Positions 16,618-25,705 are shown, counted from the stretch's first letter. The stretch is 64,000 nt of DNA from Clostridia bacterium (GCA_017453325.1 JAFTKK010000018.1:38-64037), one strand, 5' to 3'. Numbers and translations are program-made. The notes: generated by a model from the sequence alone, not told the origin.

Positions 16618-19600
16618 ATGCTTGAGATACGCAACGTGACCAAGATCTATCGCTCCAAAACCGGCGAGGAAGTCAAAGCGTTAGACAAGGTCAGCATCAC
16701 CTTCCCCGAATCGGGTATGGTGTTCATTCTCGGTAAGTCCGTTAGCGGTAAATCAACGCTCATGAACGTCATGGGCGGGCTTGACAGCTACGACGAGGGA
16801 GAATTTATCATCAAGGGAAAATCCTCAAACGACTTTGTAGGGTCGGATTTTGACGCATATCGCAACACCTTCATCGGCTTTATCTTCCAGGAATACAACG
16901 TGCTCGACGATTTCTCGGTGGGTGCCAACATCGGCCTTGCGCTTGAGCTGCAGGGCAAAAAGGCCACGGATGAGAAGATCAATGAGATCCTCGCGCAGGT
17001 AGATCTTACCAATTACGCGCACCGCAAGCCCAACGAGCTCTCGGGCGGCCAGAAGCAGCGCGTGGCAATTGCCCGCGCGCTGGTCAAGGAGCCGCAGATC
17101 ATCATGGCCGACGAGCCGACGGGCGCGCTGGATTCCAATACGGGTAAGCAGATCTTTGATACCCTGAAGGAGCTTTCCCGCGAGAAGCTGGTGCTGGTCG
17201 TCTCGCACGACAGAGATTTTGCCGAGCGATATGCCGACCGCATCATCGAGCTGTCGGACGGACGCGTCATTGAGGACGTGACCAAGCACGCGCACGCGGC
17301 AAAGCAGCTTTCTGCAGGTGTGCACGCGATTAACGATCATATTTTGCGCATTGAGGGTGGCTATAAGCTGACCGCCTCCGATCTTGAAATGATCAATGCA
17401 TATCTTGCCTCGTCGGGCGGAGACGTCATTTTGTCCGGTGACAAGCGCGTGAACGAGGAGCTTCGCTCCGCTGCGGGAATTTCGAAGGACGGCTCGACCA
17501 ACGTGTTTGAGAGCACCGATGCCGAACGGGACATTCGGGTGAAATCCTACGAAAAGGAAAAGACCAAGTTTATCCGTTCGCGGCTTCCGATGAAAAACGC
17601 CGTGAAAATGGGTTCCTCGGGTCTCAAGCACAAAAAGTTCCGCCTTGTGATGACGGTGCTGCTTTCTCTTGTGGCCTTTGCCATGTTCGGCCTTGCCGAT
17701 ACCATGGCGGCCTATAACAAGATCAACGCGGCCACCGATTCCATCAGACAGGAAAACATCAATTATGCTGCTATGAGTTTGGGTGTGCGCTTGACCACCA
17801 CCAGAGCCGACGGCGAGTCGAGTGTGGATTATCAGGCCGCAGCCCTGAACGATGCCGACATTGCGTATCTGAAAAACGAGGTCGGCCTTGACTTTGTGCC
17901 TGTCTATACGGGTGGCTACGGCTATCACGGCGATGGCTTTTCCCTTAAAAACAACTTTGTTGATTTTGAGTATAACGCGGTGTATTCGGGCAAGCTGACC
18001 GGTCTTGTCAGCATGACTGACGATATGCTTGCCAGTGCGGGGCTCTCGGTGACGGGGCGTCTGCCGCAGGCAAAGGGAGAGATTGCGATCAGCGAGCTCT
18101 TTTATCGCCAATTAAAGGAATTCGGCTTCCAGTACGCGGGCGAAAACGGCACCGTGCGCATCGATGCCGATTCGCTGGAGATCTCGGGCGAGGAGAGCAA
18201 ATCTGTGCTCAATAAGCCCATCACGCTTCGCTATGAAAACAGAGATATTGAATATCGCTTTACCGTTGTGGGTGTGGTCAACACCGGCTTTGATTACGAC
18301 CGCTATCAGAGCCTGATCCCCTCCGACGATCCGCTTGCCACGGGCAACAACCAGATCGTGGATAGGGTGCTGACCTCCGAGCTTGAGAGTGTGCTTGCCT
18401 ATAGCTTCCATGCTCTTGGCTTTGTTACCAATGAGGATATTGTGACGGTGGCGGAGCAGACCTTCTCCTACGACAAGCAGCTCGGCACTTATATGTACGG
18501 TTGGAATGCGAATACCTATCTGCTGATCAGCCGCGCGGATGATGGTGCTTCGGGCGAGAGCGGGCTCACGCCCGACAAAAAGGCTGTGATCTTTGACAGC
18601 GTGGTCGTGGGGCCCTCGTATATTGGCGGCGGCTCCGGCTGGAGCCAGACCCTGCGTCAGGTGGCGGACAGCTCGGTTTTGAAGAGCCTCGACGTCAATT
18701 GGCTGGATGGGACGCCCCGTGGGGTGCTGGGTGCAAACGAGATCGTGATCTCCTCGCTCCTGTGGAGCGATATGCAGCGCCACCAGGTGAGTGTGACGCT
18801 GACGAATGCGGATATGAAAGCCCGCGTGGATGCGCTGTTTGGCGCAGGCTCGTGGGATAAGACCGATGCGAGCCTTAACTATGCTGAACGCCTTGTGGCA
18901 GCACGCCGCGAAACGGCCTTAAAGGAGCAGATCGCGTTGCTATCCGCGAGAACGGATATCGTTTTGGAGGTCAGCGGCTTCTTTGCCGAGCATTTTGCAG
19001 GGCAGTACGATACGCCTATTACCGATGCCGCAAGCTGTGAGGCTGCGCTTCTTTGGTACTATTTTGACGATGCGGGTATACGCGCGGAGCATGACGGCTC
19101 CTTCCCCGGATATAGCCATGCGCTGAATTGGGAAGAGGTGAATGGCCAGCTTGCCACATGGAATGACTTTTTGCCGCAGCTGACGCAGATGATGGGCATA
19201 ACCGTCACCGAGCTTTCCGATTGGGACGCGGTGCGGCAGATCAACCAATTTTTCAGCGAGTTCAATGCAGAGACCGAGACCCAAACGGTCTCGCTGACCC
19301 GCTTCACCTCGTTCTTTGCGCAGATCCTTGGCCTTGCCGATCTTGAGGCGAACGGCTACTTCCTTGACAACGATCGCTTTGTAGAGGAGATGCTGTCGTG
19401 TAACGGCTTCGAGATTGCGGGCGGCGATTGGGATGAGCTCTCCCTCGATGAAAAGAAGAACGCCGCAAGGCAGTATTACATCGGCATCTTCCTCTCTTGG
19501 TCGGAATACACGGACTATGAGCCCTATGCCGAGGGTGCCACGACGCTCGCCGGTGTGGAGGCTGCAAGCAAGGCGGCTGTTTTGAAGCTGGCCGGTATGA

Positions 19601-20397
19601 CCGAGGAGCAGCTTCTTGAGGGGATCACCTTCGAGCACGTTGTCCGCGATTATCAAAACGATACCACGGATACGCTGAAGGCCTATGATTTTAAGATTGT
19701 CGGTACTTTTGCCGATGCCACCGGTATGAACCGTGATCTGGTGGTGAGCGATGCGCTTTATCAAGATTATCTCGCATGGTATGAGGCCAGCGCGGGGGAG
19801 CACGCCTACCGTCAGGAGCTGGCTCCGCACGAGGATGGCATTTGGAGCTTTGCCTTAGCGCCCCTTGATGCCGAGAATACCGATCTGGTTCGTCAGCTGG
19901 TGACGATGAGCTACGACAGCGGCCCTGAGCTGAGATTTTCCATGCAAAATGCGGTAATGAACACGCTTAGCGGCTTTAACGACTTCATTGAGATCGGTGC
20001 AAAGATCTTCTTGTGGGTGGGTCTTGGCTTTGCGCTCTTTGCTTCGCTGCTGCTGATGAACTTTATTGCCATCTCCATTTCCTACAAGAAGCGTGAGATC
20101 GGCATTTTGCGCGCCGTGGGTGCACGCTCCTCCGACGTGTTCAAGATTTTCTTCAGCGAGGCGCTGATCATTGCTCTGATCAACTTCCTGCTCGCGATCG
20201 TGGCCCTGGTGGCAACGACGATCGCGCTGAATACCTGGATGCACAAGTCGGGTATCAATATCAGCTTGCTCCACGTGGGTGTGCGCCAGGTGGCGCTGAT
20301 GCTGCTGGTCAGCGTTGTGGTGGCGTTGCTCTCCTCCTTCCTTCCTGTTTACAAGATTGCGAAGAAGAAGCCTGTGGATGCCATTAAGGACAGATAA
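16618..20397 (+). CDS. Fused ABC ATPase plus FtsX/MacB-type permease with a very large extracytoplasmic domain
   Basis: N-terminus: GKSVSGKST, LSGGQKQRVAIARAL, IIMADEPTGALD, VSHD. One TM near residue 345, then about 760 aa of soluble sequence. The C-terminus has the FtsX-type 3-TM bundle (KKREIGILRAVGA...). Confidence 0.85.
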   Translation: MLEIRNVTKIYRSKTGEEVKALDKVSITFPESGMVFILGKSVSGKSTLMNVMGGLDSYDEGEFIIKGKSSNDFVGSDFDAYRNTFIGFIFQEYNVLDDFSVGANIGLALELQGKKATDEKINEILAQVDLTNYAHRKPNELSGGQKQRVAIARALVKEPQIIMADEPTGALDSNTGKQIFDTLKELSREKLVLVVSHDRDFAERYADRIIELSDGRVIEDVTKHAHAAKQLSAGVHAINDHILRIEGGYKLTASDLEMINAYLASSGGDVILSGDKRVNEELRSAAGISKDGSTNVFESTDAERDIRVKSYEKEKTKFIRSRLPMKNAVKMGSSGLKHKKFRLVMTVLLSLVAFAMFGLADTMAAYNKINAATDSIRQENINYAAMSLGVRLTTTRADGESSVDYQAAALNDADIAYLKNEVGLDFVPVYTGGYGYHGDGFSLKNNFVDFEYNAVYSGKLTGLVSMTDDMLASAGLSVTGRLPQAKGEIAISELFYRQLKEFGFQYAGENGTVRIDADSLEISGEESKSVLNKPITLRYENRDIEYRFTVVGVVNTGFDYDRYQSLIPSDDPLATGNNQIVDRVLTSELESVLAYSFHALGFVTNEDIVTVAEQTFSYDKQLGTYMYGWNANTYLLISRADDGASGESGLTPDKKAVIFDSVVVGPSYIGGGSGWSQTLRQVADSSVLKSLDVNWLDGTPRGVLGANEIVISSLLWSDMQRHQVSVTLTNADMKARVDALFGAGSWDKTDASLNYAERLVAARRETALKEQIALLSARTDIVLEVSGFFAEHFAGQYDTPITDAASCEAALLWYYFDDAGIRAEHDGSFPGYSHALNWEEVNGQLATWNDFLPQLTQMMGITVTELSDWDAVRQINQFFSEFNAETETQTVSLTRFTSFFAQILGLADLEANGYFLDNDRFVEEMLSCNGFEIAGGDWDELSLDEKKNAARQYYIGIFLSWSEYTDYEPYAEGATTLAGVEAASKAAVLKLAGMTEEQLLEGITFEHVVRDYQNDTTDTLKAYDFKIVGTFADATGMNRDLVVSDALYQDYLAWYEASAGEHAYRQELAPHEDGIWSFALAPLDAENTDLVRQLVTMSYDSGPELRFSMQNAVMNTLSGFNDFIEIGAKIFLWVGLGFALFASLLLMNFIAISISYKKREIGILRAVGARSSDVFKIFFSEALIIALINFLLAIVALVATTIALNTWMHKSGINISLLHVGVRQVALMLLVSVVVALLSSFLPVYKIAKKKPVDAIKDR

Positions 20398-20423
20398 ACG
20401 CGCCCCGTGTGCTGATCACAAAC

Positions 20424-20462
20424 AAAAATGGCAAGGAAAGCGGTGCTTTCCTTGCCATTTTT
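20424..20462. terminator. Bidirectional terminator AAAAATGGCAAGGAAAGC-GGT-GCTTTCCTTGCCATTTTT
   Basis: Between convergent genes. Confidence 0.8.
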
Positions 20463-20465
20463 CAA

Positions 20466-21032
20466 TTAATGCTGCGTTTGCTTTGCAAAATACCCCTGCG
20501 GATGCTGACAAGTGGGACAGATAGCGGGCGGCTCCTGCGCCGTGACGATATACCCGCAATTGAGGCAGATCCAGCGCGTGGTGGGGGTGGCGGAGGTGAA
20601 AACGGTGCCGTTTTTGATGTCATTTAACTTTTGGCGGTAGTTTTCCTCGTGCTGCTTTTCAACCGATGCCACGCGTTCGAAAAGATCGGCAATGACGTCA
20701 AAGCCCTCGCGGCGCGCCTCTGCGGCAAATTCGGCATACATGGTCGCCCATTCGAAGTGCTCGCCTCCTGCTGCGGCATCGAGATTGCGCTCGGTTGAGC
20801 TGTAGCCGCCGAGATAGCGGAACCAAAGCTCGGCGTGTGCCATTTCATTATCGGCGGTGTCGCGAAAGAGCTGAGAAATCTCCACGTAGCCGTCGTTTTT
20901 TGCCTTTTTTTCAAACCACTTGTAGCGCAGATATGCCTGCGATTCTCCCGAGAGGGCGGTGTGTAGATTTTACTCGGTCTTGGTGCCCTTGAGTGTGGCG
21001 ACGTCGATGCCGGATTTGGTATAAGATGCCAT
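20466..21032 (-). pseudogene. rbr: Rubrerythrin interrupted by an in-frame TAA at codon 21
   Basis: ATG at 21032 with RBS GGAGG gives MASYTKSGIDVATLKGTKTE-TAA-NLHTALSGESQAYLRY...AHAELWF...CLNCGY..CPTC. The stop (20970-20972) replaces the conserved Lys of GTKTEKNL. Total 189 codons in one frame. Confidence 0.7.
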
Positions 21033-21063
21033 AAAAAACCTCCTTGCATGTGATGCAAGGAGG
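21033..21063 (-). terminator. Terminator of the GNAT gene (CCTCCTTGCAT-CAC-ATGCAAGGAGG plus U6). Its 3' arm contains the rubrerythrin RBS.
   Basis: Read directly on the minus strand. Confidence 0.6.
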
Positions 21064-21086
21064 AGTATTGCCGTGTGGCAGGGTGT

Positions 21087-21662
21087 TTATTCACGGCGGT
21101 ATTCGGGGGCGAGAATGGCACACACGCCGATATCGCGGTAGGCGCCCTTGACAAGCATAGCCTCGCGGCACACACCCTCAAACGTCATGCCTACCTTCTC
21201 CATCACGTGGCGTGAGGCGTCGTTGCCGACCATATAGCGCGCCTCGATACGGTGCAAGGAGAGCATATCAAAGCCAAAGGCCAGCACGCGCCGCACGGCC
21301 TCGGGCATAAGGCCCTGTCCGCGATATTGCGGATTGAGAACATAGCCGATCTCAGCCTTTCGGTGTGTGCAATCGATCGACACGAAGCCGCAGGTGCCGA
21401 TCATGCGGTTTTCCTCTTTTAATATAACGGCCCACTCATAGTGCATACCAAGGCGGTAACGCCCCGCGAGATATTCAAGGTAGGAGCGCGTATGCTCAAT
21501 GTTTGGATGGGGGCGCCACAGCAGGTAACGCGTGACCTCGGGATCGCAAGCATACGCAAACATATCCGCCGCGTCAGACACGCGCATGGGGCGCAGCAGC
21601 AGGCGCTCGGTTTCGAGCCTCGGCATATGGGAAAAAATATGTAACAGGTTTTCTTTTTTCAT
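21087..21662 (-). CDS. GNAT-family N-acetyltransferase (RimJ/RimL-like)
   Basis: TERLLLRPMRVSDAADMFAYACDPEVTRYL..., YRGQGLMPEA. ATG 21662 preferred over TTG 21668. Confidence 0.85.
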   Translation of the reverse strand: MKKENLLHIFSHMPRLETERLLLRPMRVSDAADMFAYACDPEVTRYLLWRPHPNIEHTRSYLEYLAGRYRLGMHYEWAVILKEENRMIGTCGFVSIDCTHRKAEIGYVLNPQYRGQGLMPEAVRRVLAFGFDMLSLHRIEARYMVGNDASRHVMEKVGMTFEGVCREAMLVKGAYRDIGVCAILAPEYRRE

Positions 21663-21748
21663 AAGCAACCGCCTTTTTGATGATCGCTACCATTATACTC
21701 CATTTACGCTGTGGGTGCAAGAGAATTTTTGAAATCTACAAATTTCGC

Positions 21749-21777
21749 TTGTTTTGCATGCCGTATTGGAGTATAAT
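21749..21777 (+). promoter_or_regulatory. Sigma-A-type promoter TTGTTT-17-TATAAT
   Basis: Hexamers 21749-21754 and 21772-21777. Confidence 0.5.
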
Positions 21778-21802
21778 ATAGTCAGAAAGATGCAAGGAGG
21801 GG

Positions 21803-22165
21803 ATGAAGCTGAAGGAGCTGTTGGGGGAATGTCTGTTCCCCGTGATATTGGGTTCAAATACCGAGGGGCACGCTTGTGTGCGCCGCATGGAGAAGCGATA
21901 CGGCGTGGGAAGCACGGTGGTGACGGGAAAACGAGCCCTCACCCTTCGCTTTTTGCCCGACGTTAAGCTGATCTTCGCGCCGCCCACGCTGGCAGACGAG
22001 TTCTTACTGTCGGTGCTACGCGATCTCGAGGATGAAAGCGGCTTTCGGCTGCCGCTGCTGATAGAATGCGATACGGCATACCACGATTTTGTGGTGCGCA
22101 ATCGTGCGGAGCTGGAGGCGCGGTTTATTCTGCGCCACGCAAGGGAGCTGCTGGGGGGGAGCTGA
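21803..22165 (+). CDS. Hypothetical 120-aa protein resembling only the pre-ATP-grasp (N-terminal Rossmann-like) domain of ATP-grasp ligases
   Basis: FPVILGSNTEGHACVRRMEKRYGV..TVV pattern. RBS AAGGAGGGG. Stop is 1 nt before the next ATG. Confidence 0.45.
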   Translation: MKLKELLGECLFPVILGSNTEGHACVRRMEKRYGVGSTVVTGKRALTLRFLPDVKLIFAPPTLADEFLLSVLRDLEDESGFRLPLLIECDTAYHDFVVRNRAELEARFILRHARELLGGS

Positions 22166-22166
22166 C

Positions 22167-23615
22167 ATGAGAGTTGACAGACTGTTCACCCCTTTTTCCT
22201 TTCAGCGCTCACGGGGTGCGCTTTCCGTATATGATTATCAGATCAAGGATATCGTGACCGATCCCGCCTGCGCTTCGGCGCAAACGGTGTACGTTTGCGT
22301 GCGTACGCCTCTGTGTGACGGGCACGTCGGTGCGGCAGAGGCCTATGCGCGGGGCTGCAGATGCTTTGTAGCCGCGAGGGGCCTCGGTCTCCCGCCCGAT
22401 GCGGCCGTTTATACCACCGAAGAGCCGAGTGTATACCTCGGTGAGCTTGCCGCCAGGTGCTTTGGATATCCCGCGCGCTCGCTGACGGTGTTTGGCATTA
22501 CGGGCGAGGTGGGCAAGACCTCTGTTGCCGATACGCTGACCTGCCTGTTGCGGCAAGCGGGGCACAAGGTGGCGACTCTCACAACCGATGGCTTTGACGT
22601 GGACGGTGAGTTTCAAAAGGCCGGATATGTGGCGCCGAATGCGGCCGACGTGCAGCGTATGCTTCGTGCGGCACGACGTGCGGGTGCCGCATTTGCCGTG
22701 ATTGAGCTTTCTTCGTATATGCTATCGCAAAACGTGCATAAATCGATACCGTTTGCCGCCCTTTTACAGACTGCACCACCGCAGGAGGACGATACCGTAC
22801 GGCGTCACGGTGCAGCCGATTACCGCCGCGCAAAGGATATTTTGATTGCCTGCGGAGCGCCGCTGCTCTTTTTGCCTTATGGCACCGAAGCAACCACGGC
22901 GCGCAGCCGCGTGCTTTACATGGGACAGACGGGTGACGTGACGGGAACGCAAGCAAAGACCGTGCTTCGCGAGGATGCGTGCGGCACGAGCTTTCGCCTT
23001 GGCTATCAAGGAGAGGAATTTGAGGTATTTTACCCCGTTGTGGGGGATTTTGCTGTGAAAAACGCCACTGCCGCTGCGGCGCTTGCCTTGGCTGCGGGGC
23101 TGCCGCCGAGCAAGATCGCGCAGGGACTGGCACATAGCGCCCCAATCGGCAGATTGGAGCAGATCTATGCGAGTGGTGACAGGTGTATCTTTTTGGATGC
23201 CGCCTATGAGGCCCACGATCTTCAAACGGTATTGCGTGTGCTGCGGGGCATCACGCGCGGCAGATTGCTGGTGTTGCTCGGCTCTGTCGGCGGTCGCGCC
23301 CGCGCCAGACGCACGCCACTCGGCACCGCAGCCGTAAACGGCGCGGATTTTGTCTATTTTACGGCGGATGATCCCGATACCGAGCCGCCGCGCGACATCG
23401 TGCGCGATATGGTTGGGGAGGTCGAAAACTCGCCCCGTTATACGTGCATTCCCGCACGCCAAAGTGCCATTACCGATGCGGTTTCGGATATGCGTGAGGG
23501 AGATGTGCTCCTCATTCTCGGCAAGCCGCGTGACGATACGCAGCTGGTGCGAGGCGCAAGGCAGGAGTTTTCCGACCGCAAGATCGCCATGGCGGCGGTA
23601 GAGCAATATCATTAA
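22167..23615 (+). CDS. Mur ligase family protein, divergent MurE-like (UDP-MurNAc-dipeptide:amino acid ligase-like)
   Basis: P-loop GITGEVGKTSV. MurE-like N-domain (IVTDPACA..VYVCV...DGH). The position of the DAP-specificity motif DNPR reads DDPD (TADDPDTEPPRDIV). Confidence 0.7.
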   Translation: MRVDRLFTPFSFQRSRGALSVYDYQIKDIVTDPACASAQTVYVCVRTPLCDGHVGAAEAYARGCRCFVAARGLGLPPDAAVYTTEEPSVYLGELAARCFGYPARSLTVFGITGEVGKTSVADTLTCLLRQAGHKVATLTTDGFDVDGEFQKAGYVAPNAADVQRMLRAARRAGAAFAVIELSSYMLSQNVHKSIPFAALLQTAPPQEDDTVRRHGAADYRRAKDILIACGAPLLFLPYGTEATTARSRVLYMGQTGDVTGTQAKTVLREDACGTSFRLGYQGEEFEVFYPVVGDFAVKNATAAAALALAAGLPPSKIAQGLAHSAPIGRLEQIYASGDRCIFLDAAYEAHDLQTVLRVLRGITRGRLLVLLGSVGGRARARRTPLGTAAVNGADFVYFTADDPDTEPPRDIVRDMVGEVENSPRYTCIPARQSAITDAVSDMREGDVLLILGKPRDDTQLVRGARQEFSDRKIAMAAVEQYH

Positions 23616-23616
23616 C

Positions 23617-23646
23617 AAGGGTCTGCGCCATTCGCGCAGACCCTTT
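23617..23646. terminator. Hairpin AAGGGTCTGCGC-(5 nt)-GCGCAGACCCTT between convergent genes
   Basis: Read directly. Flanking T/A runs are short. Confidence 0.55.
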
Positions 23647-23656
23647 AGTACTTATA

Positions 23657-24493
23657 TCAAGCACGCGCTTTTTGTTTTCTGTATTCGGTAGGGGTGCAGC
23701 CGACCTGCTTTTTAAAGGCGGTGCAAAATTGCGATCTGTCGGGGAAACCCACCTCTGCGGCAACGGCATGAACGCCGAGCGCGGTTTCCTTCAGCAAGCG
23801 TTTGGCCATGCGCATTCGTTCCTGCATGACTGCTTGGTGAATGGTAATGCCCGTGCTTCGCTTGAAAATTCTGTTCAGATAGTAGGAATGATAGCCAAAT
23901 TCATGGGATATGCGCAGATTGTCGATATCCTTGTCGTAATGTTGCTCGATAAAGAGGGCTATTTTTTGCACGATTTCGAGCGGAGGTGCCTCTGCTTGTG
24001 CCGCGTTTTGCGCCACGTAGCATAAGATCTCCTTAATGGCAGCCGAGGCAAAGGCATCCGAAAACAGCGTGCGATAGCGATAGCGGAGCAGGCATTCCTG
24101 CATTTTGGCTTCGACCTCAAAGGCGTTTTTAATGACAACGGTGTCGCTGAGCTCCTGTGGCGGATCGTTCTCGAAAATCAGCTCGCTCTGAAAGGTGCTG
24201 ACGCTTTTGGAGGGCCGCAGGGGCTTTTTTTGATCCGCTTGCCGTTGGGTCAGATCAAAATTCAGCACAATGACCTTGACCTTGCCGTCGAAGTAATAGG
24301 GGGTGCCGGGCCTGAAATATATCAACGTTCCCGCAGAAATAGGTAGTGTCCTGTCAGCAAGAACGAAGTTGGCGCTCCCCTCGATAATATAAAAGATCCT
24401 GTAGTCGTAGGAGCAGCTTAAGGGTGCGCTTGACATCACGGAGGGCTGCAGCTCGGCATAGCGCATAAACGGATTGATATCACAAAATCTCAT
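23657..24493 (-). CDS. AraC-family transcriptional regulator
   Basis: 278 aa. Cupin-like N-terminus (IIEGSANFVLADRTLPISAGTLIYFRPGTPY) and AraC HTH C-terminus (GFPDRSQFCTAFKKQVGCTPTEY). Confidence 0.9.
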   Translation of the reverse strand: MRFCDINPFMRYAELQPSVMSSAPLSCSYDYRIFYIIEGSANFVLADRTLPISAGTLIYFRPGTPYYFDGKVKVIVLNFDLTQRQADQKKPLRPSKSVSTFQSELIFENDPPQELSDTVVIKNAFEVEAKMQECLLRYRYRTLFSDAFASAAIKEILCYVAQNAAQAEAPPLEIVQKIALFIEQHYDKDIDNLRISHEFGYHSYYLNRIFKRSTGITIHQAVMQERMRMAKRLLKETALGVHAVAAEVGFPDRSQFCTAFKKQVGCTPTEYRKQKARA

Positions 24494-24503
24494 AATTCCT
24501 CTT

Positions 24504-24536
24504 TGGTTTGTTTTTCAAACTTTTTGGTTTGTTTTT
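24504..24536. promoter_or_regulatory. Two direct repeats TGGTTTGTTTTT spaced 21 bp apart, directly upstream of the -35. A third copy, TGGTTTGTTTG, is at 24611-24621. Candidate AraC-type operator.
   Basis: Repeats at 24504-24515 and 24525-24536, read directly. Confidence 0.45.
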
Positions 24537-24540
24537 TACA

Positions 24541-24569
24541 TTGATTGTAGCACATAAAAGCCGTATAAT
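24541..24569 (+). promoter_or_regulatory. Sigma-A-type promoter TTGATT-17-TATAAT
   Basis: Hexamers 24541-24546 and 24564-24569, about 95 nt upstream of ATG 24668. Confidence 0.6.
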
Positions 24570-24667
24570 CAATATGTAACGTAAACTTTTTTTCGTTTGA
24601 TGCGTTTGCTTGGTTTGTTTGTGAAAGCAAGCGGCGGTGAGTTATTTTTTGAAAAGGGGGAGCTTTT

Positions 24668-25705
24668 ATGAAGTATATCGTCGGGTATCCGATCAAAGAA
24701 AACAAAGCGTTTTTGCAGTCGATGATCGAACATAAAGGCAGCATTGCGGAGGTCTATTTTTCCTTTGGCGACATCCCGAACGGCAGAAGCGCCCTCACGG
24801 CGGACGAGGCCCTGACACCCTTTGAGGTGCAGCAGCGTCAGCAGGAGGATCTGAAGCAGCTTGCGGCGGCGGGAATACGGCTGAATTTGCTTTTCAACGG
24901 CAATTGCTATGGCAAGGATAGCCAATCACGGGCATTTTTTCACAGGATCGGCAATCTCATCGATTATATCTGTCGCGAGTTTGGCCTTGCATCGGTAACG
25001 ACTTCCTCGCCACTCATTGCCAAATTCATCAAATCGAATTTTGAAGGAATCGACGTCAGAGCGTCGGTGAACATGGAGATCGGCTCGATCGAGGGCTTAT
25101 CATACGTGTCCGACGTCTTTGACAGCTTTTACCTCAAGCGAGAGCAAAACAGAAATCTGGCCGAGATCAAGCGGCTGCGCCTGTGGTGCGATGCCAACGG
25201 CAAGCAAATGTATCTGCTTGCCAACAGCGGCTGCCTCAATCATTGCTCCGCGCACACCTTTCACGATAATTTGGTCTCGCACGAGGCCGAGATCGCGGCT
25301 ATGGACAACGGCTATCAGTTCCGCGGTGTTTGTTGGGACTTTTTAGCCAAGGAGGGCAGCCGTGACAAGTGGCTGCAGAGAACCAATTTTATCAGGCCCG
25401 AGGACGTGGCGCTTTACGAGGGTCTTGTGCCTGCGGTCAAGCTTGCCACGCGCGTGAATGCCGCACCCGGGCGCGTGCTGGACGCCTATCTTCACGGGCG
25501 TTATCGCGGCAGCGTGATGGAATTGCTGGAGCCCAACCACAGCGGCGTGTTCTATCCCCGTTACGTAGAGAATGCGAATTTCAGCGACGGGTTTGCGTCG
25601 CACGTCTTGCGCTGCGATAAGCATTGCGAAAACTGTCATTTTTGCGCTGAAGAAATGCGGCGTGCCACCGTTGTGCTGCCCGCTGACCCATCGGCAAAAG
25701 TATAA
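24668..25705 (+). CDS. Hypothetical TIM-barrel-like protein, possibly distantly peptidase-U32-like. Cys-rich C-terminus.
   Basis: 345 aa. NSGCLNHCSAH and C-terminal CDKHCENCHFC (Cx3Cx2Cx2C). The family assignment is tentative. Confidence 0.35.
   Translation: MKYIVGYPIKENKAFLQSMIEHKGSIAEVYFSFGDIPNGRSALTADEALTPFEVQQRQQEDLKQLAAAGIRLNLLFNGNCYGKDSQSRAFFHRIGNLIDYICREFGLASVTTSSPLIAKFIKSNFEGIDVRASVNMEIGSIEGLSYVSDVFDSFYLKREQNRNLAEIKRLRLWCDANGKQMYLLANSGCLNHCSAHTFHDNLVSHEAEIAAMDNGYQFRGVCWDFLAKEGSRDKWLQRTNFIRPEDVALYEGLVPAVKLATRVNAAPGRVLDAYLHGRYRGSVMELLEPNHSGVFYPRYVENANFSDGFASHVLRCDKHCENCHFCAEEMRRATVVLPADPSAKV

Noticed and set aside
16720-16750. Walker A variant GKSVSGKST in the MacB-like fusion as a sign of an inactive ATPase
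   Set aside because: It still satisfies GxxxxGK[ST], and the Q-loop, LSGGQ, Walker B (DEPT) and H-loop are all intact.
20970-20972. In-frame TAA in rubrerythrin as evidence of stop-codon reassignment or recoding (Sec/Pyl)
   Set aside because: Sec and Pyl use UGA and UAG, not UAA. TAA is a normal terminator for neighbouring genes, for example the SNF transporter at 16478-16480. A single A-to-T change from AAA explains it.
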